Origin: Candidatus Methanomethylophilaceae archaeon
Lineage (GTDB): Archaea > Thermoplasmatota > Thermoplasmata > Methanomassiliicoccales > Methanomethylophilaceae
NCBI GenBank assembly: GCA_944320495.1
Contig: CALUHR010000003.1
Span: forward strand, 139,313-203,312
DNA: 64,000 nucleotides
Direction: 5' to 3'
The position numbers were made by a program, and so were the translations under genes. The notes below the pieces were generated by a model. The model saw nothing but the letters and a program-made list of their open reading frames with translations, was not told the origin of the DNA and did not search any database. Positions 1 through 8,074 of this stretch are shown here, one piece after another. The stretch's first letter is position 1, and the number at the start of each line of letters is the position of its first letter.

Positions 1-800
1 CCCGCCTCGAACCTGTCCGGTATCGGGGCAAGGTTGACGGAGTCGTAGGTGGCCAGTCCGACGGTGCCGCCTCCGAGCTCCAGCGGGCGCATCCTCTCCA
101 GGACCTCGCGCCTGCCGTACATCACGCCCATGCCGGACGGCCCGAGCATCTTGTGGACGGACATGCAGTAGACGTCCGCCCCAAGATCCTCGAGGTCTAT
201 CGGCATGTGCGGGGCGGCCTGGGCGCCGTCCACTATGACGATGGCACCGTAGTCGTGGGCGATCTCCGCGACCGCCTTCACCGGGACTGTGCATCCGGTG
301 ACGTTGCCCGCATGCTGAACGGAGACCACCTTCACATCATGGTCCATGCACCTGTGGAAAGATTCCAGGTCGAACGTGCCGTCGGCCCTCGACTTGGTCA
401 TGCGCCTCCTTATCCCCACCGTCTCCTGGAGACGGAGCCAGGGCACATGGTTGGAGTTGTGCTCGGTGTCGGTGGTGACCACCACATCCCCCCTCTTCAG
501 CGGTACGCCGTATGCCGCCGTGTTGAGTGCGCCGGTGCAGTTGCGCGTGAACGCATAGCAGTCGGGATCCTTCGTGTGGAAGAAGCGGGCGAGGGTCTCG
601 CGGGTCTCGTCGATGGCGATGGACACGCGTGTCGCCATGGAGTGGACGCTGCGGCCCCCGCAGGCGGGGTAGTCCTCGTAGTACTCGGTGATCGCACGTA
701 TGACGCTGTCCGGCCTGAGGGACTGGCATGCACTGTCCAGATAGATCCCCTTGCCCTTGCGGATGGTCGGGAAGTCCGCACGCACCGAGTCGACGTCCAT
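1..800 (-). CDS. sufS: Cysteine desulfurase, SufS/class V PLP aminotransferase family (partial, runs off the left edge)
   Basis: Manual translation from ATG at 800: MDVDSVRADFP...YLDSAC..., EHNSN, DGAQ and SVHKMLGPSG (PLP lysine), ending RFEAG at the window edge. Missing from the ORF track because there is no stop in the window. Confidence 0.85.
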   Translation of the reverse strand, partial: MDVDSVRADFPTIRKGKGIYLDSACQSLRPDSVIRAITEYYEDYPACGGRSVHSMATRVSIAIDETRETLARFFHTKDPDCYAFTRNCTGALNTAAYGVPLKRGDVVVTTDTEHNSNHVPWLRLQETVGIRRRMTKSRADGTFDLESFHRCMDHDVKVVSVQHAGNVTGCTVPVKAVAEIAHDYGAIVIVDGAQAAPHMPIDLEDLGADVYCMSVHKMLGPSGMGVMYGRREVLERMRPLELGGGTVGLATYDSVNLAPIPDRFEA

Positions 801-894
801 GACGGTACGATGGGCTTCGCCGTAATAAGACCTGGGTATGCGCCGGAGCGCGGAGTTCGCCATCTTTATAGTCGCGCCATCCATCATCTCGGAC

Positions 895-1800
895 ATGGCA
901 TCGCTGAAAACCCGCGTCGGGACGCTGGACCTCGAGAGGCCCGGCATGGTCGCGTCCGGGATCATGGATGAGACCGGACCGTCGCTGGTGCGCATGATGG
1001 AATGCGGCTGCGGTGCGGTTGTCACTAAATCGATAGGGCTGCAGCCCAACCAGGGCCACGCCAATCCCTGCTTCACCGAGGTGGACGGCGGATACGTGAA
1101 CGCCATGGGGCTCCCCAACCCGGGAATCGAGGAGTTCGCCTCCGAGATGGAGGTCGCTGTGAGGGCGGGGCCCGTCATCGGATCGATATACGGAGCCGGA
1201 CCAGGGGACTTCTCCGAACTCGCCGGCAGGATGGAGGACTACGGTGCCAGCGCCGTGGAGCTGAACCTCTCCTGCCCCCACGCCAAGGGATTCGGCATGG
1301 AGGTCGGGACCGACCCGGCCATGGTCGGATCCATCGTCTCCGCCGTGAAGTCGGCGGTATCCATACCCGTATGGGCCAAGCTCACGCCCAACACCCACAT
1401 CCTGCAGGACATCGGACGTGCGGTGCAGGACGCCGGCGGTGACGCAATCGTCGCGATCAACACCTTGAAGGCCATGGTCATCGAGCCGGAGTTCGCCAGG
1501 CCGCTCCTGAGCAACAGGTTCGGCGGGCTCTCGGGGAAGTGCCTCCTGCCGGTCGGCGTCAGGGCGATCTACGACCTGAGAACGGCCGTCGACATCCCTC
1601 TGGTGGGTGTCGGAGGCATCGAGACCTGGAGGGACGCGGCCCAGTACATCATGGCCGGCGCATCCGCGTTCCAGATCGGCAGCGCCGTCGGGACGATAGG
1701 GCCGGAGGTCTTCTCCTTGATAAACGACGACCTTTCGGCATTCATGGACGAGTACGGCTACGGCCACATCTCCGACATGGTGGGGGTGGCCCATGACTGA
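895..1800 (+). CDS. pyrD: Dihydroorotate dehydrogenase, catalytic subunit (family 1B)
   Basis: Motifs VTKS, NAMGLPNPG, ELNLSCPH, KLTPN, INT, GGLSG. Start at MASLKT, with TTTATA at 865-870. Confidence 0.95.
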   Translation: MASLKTRVGTLDLERPGMVASGIMDETGPSLVRMMECGCGAVVTKSIGLQPNQGHANPCFTEVDGGYVNAMGLPNPGIEEFASEMEVAVRAGPVIGSIYGAGPGDFSELAGRMEDYGASAVELNLSCPHAKGFGMEVGTDPAMVGSIVSAVKSAVSIPVWAKLTPNTHILQDIGRAVQDAGGDAIVAINTLKAMVIEPEFARPLLSNRFGGLSGKCLLPVGVRAIYDLRTAVDIPLVGVGGIETWRDAAQYIMAGASAFQIGSAVGTIGPEVFSLINDDLSAFMDEYGYGHISDMVGVAHD

Positions 1801-2557
1801 CGTCGTGAGGATCGTCGATGTCGTGGACGAATGCTACGACACTAAGACGTTCGTCTTCGAGTGGGGCGCCGAGGTCAGGCCTGGACAGTTCGTCATGGTC
1901 TGGGTCCCCGGCGTGGACGAGATCCCCATGTCCGTCTCGGGCATCGACGGGAACAGGAAGAGCATTACCGTCAAGGCGATCGGAGAGGCCACCAGGGCCA
2001 TACACCAGCTCAAGGCAGGCGACCACCTGAGGATCCGCGGGCCCTTCGGCAACGGGTTCGACCTCGGTTGCGGGGAGATGCTGATCATCGGCGGAGGCGT
2101 GGGCACCGCCGCCATCATGCCCGCAGTGAAGGCCACCGGAGCGGACACGATCATCGCCGCGCGCTCGGACAGGGACGTCATCATGGAATCCGTAGCATCC
2201 GGCAGCGCCGGGAGCCTCTGGATCGCCACCGACGACGGCAGCCGCGGGTTCCACGGCAACGCCGTCCAGCTCATGAGGGAGCGCATCGCCGAGAAGCACT
2301 ACGACTGCGTGCTCGCCTGCGGACCCGAGGTCATGCTCTGGTTCACCTACAAGGCTTGCGAGGAGCTCGGCGTGGACTGCCAGCTCTCATTGGAGAGGTA
2401 CATGAAATGCGGCGCCGGCGTCTGCGGCTGCTGTGTGATGGACGACTCCCGCGTCTGCAGGGACGGACCGGTCTTCACCAGGGACCAGCTCTCGAAACTC
2501 ACCGAATTCGGGAAGTCCAAGAGGGACGCCTGCGGACGCGTCGTGAGCTTCAGATGA
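1793..2557 (+). CDS. pyrK: Dihydroorotate dehydrogenase electron transfer subunit
   Basis: PGQFVMVW, RGPFGNGF, GGGVG and CGAGVCGCC...VCRDGPVF (2Fe-2S). Overlaps the end of pyrD. Confidence 0.95.
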   Translation: MTDVVRIVDVVDECYDTKTFVFEWGAEVRPGQFVMVWVPGVDEIPMSVSGIDGNRKSITVKAIGEATRAIHQLKAGDHLRIRGPFGNGFDLGCGEMLIIGGGVGTAAIMPAVKATGADTIIAARSDRDVIMESVASGSAGSLWIATDDGSRGFHGNAVQLMRERIAEKHYDCVLACGPEVMLWFTYKACEELGVDCQLSLERYMKCGAGVCGCCVMDDSRVCRDGPVFTRDQLSKLTEFGKSKRDACGRVVSFR

Positions 2558-2988
2558 CTCAGGCGGGCCACATCACGGTGGTCCACGGGAACCTCACCGT
2601 GGACGTCCCCCGCAGGCTGTTCAGGGGACCGGACTGCGAGATAGACGAGGAGGCCGCCAGACCATTCAGGGACATGGTCAGGGCCAGGTACCCGTGGGTC
2701 TCCGAGAGCTCCATGGACGTCCTGATGAGCAAGGCCCGCAAGGAGATGATCCGCGTCATCGACGAGGAGACCGGAGGCAGGAGCCACAGCTCCAACCTCG
2801 CCCAGCAGGGCAAGCTCGACGAGGCGATTGCCCACATGAGGCTCCACATAGAGCAGGACCCAGAGGATGCGGACTCGTGGTACGCCCTCGGGAACCTGCT
2901 CTGCCAGGCCGGAAGGACCGACGAGGGATACAGGGCGTTCAACAGGGGACGCGAGCTCGCTCAGAAGGCCCAGAGAAGAGGTCGTTGA
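2554..2988 (+). CDS. TPR-repeat protein
   Basis: C-terminal TPR-like segment (DEAIAH...DPEDADSWYALGNLLCQAGRTDEG). ATGA overlap with the pyrK stop. Confidence 0.75.
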   Translation: MTQAGHITVVHGNLTVDVPRRLFRGPDCEIDEEAARPFRDMVRARYPWVSESSMDVLMSKARKEMIRVIDEETGGRSHSSNLAQQGKLDEAIAHMRLHIEQDPEDADSWYALGNLLCQAGRTDEGYRAFNRGRELAQKAQRRGR

Positions 2989-3799
2989 TCGCTTCGACGA
3001 CCTCCGGGACCGTGGCGCCCCACGGAACGCGCACGACGTCTCCGTCGCGCTCGTGACCCTGCTTCACCTTGCAGCATTTCACTATCGTCCTCTCCCCCGG
3101 AACGACGTAGTCCGCAGGGCAGACGTTTATGAACACGGGAACGTCGGAGCCGTACAGCTCACGGTAGATCCTGCGGGACAGATGGCATCCTATCAGCGTG
3201 ACCTCGCCGTCGACCTCGGGCGCATCGTCCAGGAAGAGGAACGGACGGTCCGCGGTGAGATGGGAGACCCTGCACGGGAACATGACGATGGGCGTGAACA
3301 CATCCGACACACGGTCGGCCATGTCTATGATGCGGTCCTCGGGGATTATTGGATGCTCCACGAAACCGGATGCGAGCGCCCTGCGGACGAGAACCCCGAG
3401 CTTCGAGGGCGACGGGGGCACGTTGTCCACCACGACGAGGCTCTGCGGCTCCAGGTCCTTCACGTAGCTTATGTGCGAGAACATCCCGCGGACCACCACG
3501 GCCTTGCCCGGATGCCTCGCCTGCACCTCGGCCATGGCCGGGAGGTTGAGGACATCCAGGTCCGGGATCTCCTCGAAAACCGTGTCTTCGGGCATTGACA
3601 CGATCTCATAGCCGTCCAGATCCCTGAAGAGACCTGTGCCGGGATGCTTGCGGAGCTCCACCACGGCGTATTCGTCCCCGTTCCTGAGGACAAGAGCCTC
3701 CGTGCGGACGTATGACCTCCAGCCGTCCATCAGGGACGCAACGGATTCGCGGGTCAGCGGCACATCCACATCCTTCATGGAGACATCCTTGCAGTGCAT
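2957..3799 (-). CDS. Conserved hypothetical protein with Cys motifs (resembles DUF7714-type proteins)
   Basis: Likely start MHCKDVS. Motifs FPC, IGCHLS, NVCP and KCCK. First in-frame CGA at 2957-2959; the standard-code stop is at 2939. Confidence 0.7.
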
Positions 3800-3874
3800 C
3801 AGCCCTCGATGCGGGAGCCAGTATAAAGGGGTGGCCTCAACGATTATATAGAACTGATGAATCGGGTGATTCAA

Positions 3875-3948
3875 GTCGGGGTACCACAGCGGCCATGGGG
3901 CGGACTGCAGATCCGTTTATGGGGGTTCAACTCCCTCCCCCGACTCCA
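3875..3948 (+). tRNA. tRNA-Cys (GCA)
   Basis: Acceptor GTCGGGG/CCCCGAC, anticodon arm GCGGA-CTGCAGA-TCCGT, T-loop TTCAACT, U73 discriminator and encoded CCA. TTATATA at 3844-3850. Confidence 0.95.
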
Positions 3949-4004
3949 TACAATTTATGAGAATTGGTGTTTCGTTCCCGGTCCTATTGGACCGGGAGTT
4001 GGGT

Positions 4005-4490
4005 TCAGTCCTCGCCCTCCTCGTCGTCCTCGCCGAGCATCAGACGGACCATGAACTCGTCCGATGTCTCACCGAAGGCCTCTATGAGGGCGTCGTCCTC
4101 CACATACATGCCGTAGGCGGTGCCGTCGTAGGACACGAACACGGAGGCGGCGAAGGGCTCGCCGTCGTACTCCTTGTCGAGATACTCGTCTATCTCGTCG
4201 TTACGGTCGTCGATGGCCTCGTAGACCTCGTCCATGCACTCCTCCTCGAACATCTCCTCCAGGGGGTAGGCCCCCGGATCGACGTAGAAGTCGTCGAACT
4301 CTGGATAGTCGTACTGGACCATGAGCGCCCTGGACCCTACTGCATCCGCGAACTTCAGCACCGAGTAGATGTCGTTGGAACCGACCTGCACCGGTCCGGT
4401 CATCGGTTCGAGGGCACCAGCCACCTCGAACACCGGGATGTCCGCTCTCGCCCTGATATCCTCCATCGTCGGTATGACGCTCTGCTTCAT
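4005..4490 (-). CDS. Highly acidic hypothetical protein
   Basis: 161-aa ORF with host-like codon usage, rich in D/E. Confidence 0.7.
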   Translation of the reverse strand: MKQSVIPTMEDIRARADIPVFEVAGALEPMTGPVQVGSNDIYSVLKFADAVGSRALMVQYDYPEFDDFYVDPGAYPLEEMFEEECMDEVYEAIDDRNDEIDEYLDKEYDGEPFAASVFVSYDGTAYGMYVEDDALIEAFGETSDEFMVRLMLGEDDEEGED

Positions 4491-4659
4491 GGATTTGGAA
4501 TCTCATCCCAGACGTATAATTGTACCCTCTATGGGCCAGCCACAAGACACCTGGCATGTGCCAGACGTACGATTCCCGATGCTTGCGCCCTGTGACCGGA
4601 CATACGCGGCGAAGCAAAGCTATATAAAAGGCATTTAAATAGCCCGATTCGGTGCTTAG

Positions 4660-5208
4660 ATGGCAAAGATGAACATCGAGAATGTGGTCGCCTCTACCTA
4701 TCTCGGCCAGGAGCTCGACCTCAACAGGATTGAGGAGGCTCTGGAGGGCGCCGAATACAACCCTCAGCAGTTCCCCGGACTCGTCTACAGGCTCAAGGAG
4801 CCCAAGACCGCTACCCTGATCTTCAGGAGCGGAAAGGTCGTCTGCACGGGAGCCAAGTGCAGGGACGACGTCAAGGTCGCAATCTCGAAGGTGGCCAAGG
4901 ATCTCGAGAAGGCCGATGTCCACATCACCATCGAACCCAAGATCGAGGTGCAGAACATCGTCGCATCCTCCGACCTCGAGCAGGAGATCAACCTCAACAC
5001 GGTCGCCATCACACTCGGTCTGGAGAAGGTCGAGTACGAGCCCGAGCAGTTCCCCGGACTCGTCTACAGGCTGGACGACCCCAAGGTCGTCGTCCTGCTC
5101 TTCGGATCCGGCAAGATGGTCTGCACCGGCGCGAAGGTCCCCGAGGACGTCACCCGCGCCGTAGACAAGATCGCCGCGGAGCTCAGGGCCGCCAGCCTGA
5201 TGAGCTGA
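4660..5208 (+). CDS. tbp: TATA-box binding protein
   Basis: Two direct repeats: NVVAS/NIVAS, EY(N/E)P(Q/E)QFPGLVYRL, F(R/G)SGK(V/M)VCTGAK. TTTAAATA at 4634-4641. Confidence 0.98.
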   Translation: MAKMNIENVVASTYLGQELDLNRIEEALEGAEYNPQQFPGLVYRLKEPKTATLIFRSGKVVCTGAKCRDDVKVAISKVAKDLEKADVHITIEPKIEVQNIVASSDLEQEINLNTVAITLGLEKVEYEPEQFPGLVYRLDDPKVVVLLFGSGKMVCTGAKVPEDVTRAVDKIAAELRAASLMS

Positions 5209-5213
5209 ACCGA

Positions 5214-5250
5214 GGGCGCCGGAAGGCGTCCTCCGGGAAAACACCCTTAC
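5214..5250 (+). terminator. Hairpin plus AAAACACCCTTAC tail after tbp
   Basis: GGGCGCC-GGAA-GGCGTCC stem followed by an A/C/T-rich tail. Confidence 0.55.
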
Positions 5251-5651
5251 TCCTTCTTCCCAACTATCGCTTCAGGATCCGTCCACGCATATCCCGAATC
5301 ATGCAGGATGTGCAGGGATTCACCGAACCTCCCCTCCTTGACGAGGACGTAGTCAGTGTCGTAAGTCGAGACGACGAAGATCGCTATGCCGGCATCCGCG
5401 AGGACGCGCGATATCCCCGCCAGGACTCCGACCATCGAGAATTCGAGCTGTCCCGCAATCCTGAACGCCCTCCATCCGTCGTCGCGCTCCACTGTATTTC
5501 CAGGAACCATGTCGGTTGGACAGACCACTGAGGTCTCGTCGTCCGTCCTGCCGATGAACAGCGGCTCCGAATCCGGATCCACCTGCGACAGGTCCGCGAC
5601 CTTGCACACCGAGAGGGCCTGAGGCAGAGGCTGGATGGTCAGACCAGTCAT
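5247..5651 (-). CDS. ACT-domain protein (CASTOR/DUF2241-like)
   Basis: RTDDETSVVC, GWRAFRIAGQLEFSMVGVLA, IFVVSTYDTDYVLVK. Confidence 0.85.
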   Translation of the reverse strand: MTGLTIQPLPQALSVCKVADLSQVDPDSEPLFIGRTDDETSVVCPTDMVPGNTVERDDGWRAFRIAGQLEFSMVGVLAGISRVLADAGIAIFVVSTYDTDYVLVKEGRFGESLHILHDSGYAWTDPEAIVGKKE

Positions 5652-6031
5652 TGGATCACGACGACGGTGTCTGCGATCGCCCTCTTGAGCTCCTTGAGGG
5701 CCTGATGGGTGACCTTCTCCTCCTTGACGGAGGGGCCGATCTCCCGGAGGTACTTCGCGTAGAGCTTCGGCGATATGTCCTTGGCGGAGGCCAGCACGAG
5801 CAGATCCTCCTCGTCCCCCGTGTCCAGGGAGTCGATGTCCCCACCGTAATAGGCAGCGGCCATCCTGTAGAAGCGTATGTCGGTGTTGAGGAACTCCGCG
5901 ATGTCCAGGAAATCCGCCGAGTTATCCGGCTCCTCGAAGGCACGCATTATGAACTTCTCGCGCTCGGAGAGCTTCCGGTCCGCCCCTGTGGAAAATCTAT
6001 CGGCCAAATCCCTCCTCTCTACTCTTATCAT
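5648..6031 (-). CDS. Hypothetical protein
   Basis: Start placed at MIRVERRD. The longer 6097 start in the ORF track crosses an in-frame CGA in AT-richer sequence. Confidence 0.6.
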   Translation of the reverse strand: MIRVERRDLADRFSTGADRKLSEREKFIMRAFEEPDNSADFLDIAEFLNTDIRFYRMAAAYYGGDIDSLDTGDEEDLLVLASAKDISPKLYAKYLREIGPSVKEEKVTHQALKELKRAIADTVVVIQ

Positions 6032-6093
6032 GGTATCACACTGAATCTTCGATCCATTCCATCGGTGAATGTCTATCCGCATCCTCCGACCGA

Positions 6094-6861
6094 TCACGTC
6101 TTGAGAGCATCCGCAAAATCAGCCCTCTTCGACCAACTCACAGGATTCATGCCATACTCCTCAGAGGCTTTGGTGAACTCCTTCACCCTATTCTTCGATT
6201 CCGTATCATCTATCAAAAGATACAGTTCTACATCCTGCCTCTTCTGGAGATCCTGGAAGACCAACAATTGATCCGCGAACTTCGATTTCGTCGGTTGGAC
6301 CACCAGCTGTATGATCCGACGGGGTTCCTTTGATGACCTCTCCGACAGGATGAAATCCACATGATGAGTGAAACTGCCACCCTGTAGCAAGACATTGCTG
6401 CTATGAGGTATTCCAGCACCACAGAGCCAATCAGAGACATCGTAGAAGAACAGATTCGCCACATGATCCCTGGAGGTATAATACAGATCATCGATGGCCT
6501 GCATGGATTGAACAAGATTGTGTTTCTTCGATGGGAAATCATCTGCATTGCTGTAAACACAGATGCAGTCTCCATTCAACATCGTTCCATAACCATTGAG
6601 GATCGAACTAACGAATTTTTCCCTCTTGCCAGAAAGAACGTCACATCCTGATGACCTGAGATCACGTATCGTGTGACCATCGTCGGTTAGTAGATATCCT
6701 CCATCCTCCTCCTTGACATAAATCTCGAAATTATCATTGTGCCTATCAAGGAAAGGGGTTGTTATCGAGAACCAACCGTCAGACTCCGCCTGAATCAAAA
6801 TATTGTCACGAAGCCACCTGACATAGCTGTCCGTCAGACTGTCAATATCTGCCCTGGTCAT
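6094..6861 (-). CDS. DUF1828/DUF1829-domain protein
   Basis: ITTPFLDRHND.FEIYV...LTDDG.T..DL..SG (DUF1828-like) and FF.DV..WL...G..F.H.VDFI (DUF1829-like). AT-richer than its flanks. Confidence 0.8.
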   Translation of the reverse strand: MTRADIDSLTDSYVRWLRDNILIQAESDGWFSITTPFLDRHNDNFEIYVKEEDGGYLLTDDGHTIRDLRSSGCDVLSGKREKFVSSILNGYGTMLNGDCICVYSNADDFPSKKHNLVQSMQAIDDLYYTSRDHVANLFFYDVSDWLCGAGIPHSSNVLLQGGSFTHHVDFILSERSSKEPRRIIQLVVQPTKSKFADQLLVFQDLQKRQDVELYLLIDDTESKNRVKEFTKASEEYGMNPVSWSKRADFADALKT

Positions 6862-7366
6862 CGAATGTCCCCTGAATCGGAATGCTATCTATATTACAGA
6901 ACCCCAGGAACTTGAAAAACACTTGTCCCATATCCTCGTAGGAATCAATATCCAATAGATCCTTGGGACGATATGCCCACTTGTCTTCGAATCCCTCACG
7001 GTATATGTGGATGTGAGGTTCTTTGATAAAACGGCGACCCGCGTATCCTGGCTGAATATCCTTCAGCCAATCTCCGTCGCCAAGCTCCAATTCCACAGGA
7101 GGATTCGTATGTGAACCGCCAACATCCAGCCTTACAAGACTGTATGTCTTTGAATATCTGGTCTGGAAAGTGTACTTTAGAATCACCCTCCCACGTTCCA
7201 CATCCAAAGTAAAGATATCATGGAGATTGCTCGTGTAGAGATCTATGTGTCTATCTGTTCCTGGGCTGATAACGACACTGCGACAATCAGAGAACTTCTT
7301 TCTGGATATCAGCTCGAATACCTGCTCTTGAGAAAGATTTGGGTGGGCCGTAGCATCAGAATCCAT
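6842..7366 (-). CDS. DUF6978-like protein
   Basis: LVRLDVGG.HTNP...PHIHIYREG..DKWAY. Overlaps the start of the downstream gene; AT-richer. Confidence 0.7.
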   Translation of the reverse strand: MDSDATAHPNLSQEQVFELISRKKFSDCRSVVISPGTDRHIDLYTSNLHDIFTLDVERGRVILKYTFQTRYSKTYSLVRLDVGGSHTNPPVELELGDGDWLKDIQPGYAGRRFIKEPHIHIYREGFEDKWAYRPKDLLDIDSYEDMGQVFFKFLGFCNIDSIPIQGTFDDQGRY

Positions 7367-7414
7367 ACGAATCCTGATAGATATGCGAATATATATGAGT
7401 ATTCGATTGCTTAT

Positions 7415-8074
7415 TCACATCCTCTTGCAGCCGCGGAGCAGCCACTCGCCAATGGACTTGACACCGTACTTCAGCGTGGCCTTCATGTGGCGGCTGTGAC
7501 TGCAGACGATGGGCGCGTCGTTGTGCATGATGTACTCGACGACCTCCTGCCATGTGGTGAGGTCGTCGGGGACCTCCACGTAGCCCTCGCCTATGTGGCG
7601 GGGCGTATGGGCGTCGCTGCCGGCAGTCATCGGCTTGCCGATCCTCCTGGCCAGCTTCTCCGAGCGCCTGTTGCCCCTCGGGGTGGAGCGCCCGTTGCGG
7701 GCCTCGATCCCGTCGAAGGGATACGCCAGGGTGTTCTTCTCCCCGAGGCCGGACCACCATCTGTAGGGATGGGCGGCGAACGCGTAACCGCCGGCCTCGT
7801 GGATCCTGTCTATGGTCTCCTGGATGGAGAGGTCCCGCGGGATCAGCCTGTCGATGCCGAGGGCGACTATGTGGCCCTCGGCCGACGAGACCTCTTCCGC
7901 GGGTATGATTATGACGCGGCCGTTGTCCTTGAGGCGCTCGTACGCCTCGAACTGGTTGTGGTCGGTCACGGCGATGCAGCCGATCCCCATGCGCTCCGCG
8001 TATTCCAGCAGCTCCTCCAGCGTGGTCTTGCCGTCGTTGGAGTACAGCGTGTGCACATGGAGATCCGCCTTCAT
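7415..8074 (-). CDS. PHP-domain metal-dependent phosphoesterase
   Basis: MKADLHVHT.YS.DG, AVTDHN, EEVS, AHPY, GSDAH. ATGA overlap with the metG stop. Confidence 0.9.
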   Translation of the reverse strand: MKADLHVHTLYSNDGKTTLEELLEYAERMGIGCIAVTDHNQFEAYERLKDNGRVIIIPAEEVSSAEGHIVALGIDRLIPRDLSIQETIDRIHEAGGYAFAAHPYRWWSGLGEKNTLAYPFDGIEARNGRSTPRGNRRSEKLARRIGKPMTAGSDAHTPRHIGEGYVEVPDDLTTWQEVVEYIMHNDAPIVCSHSRHMKATLKYGVKSIGEWLLRGCKRM

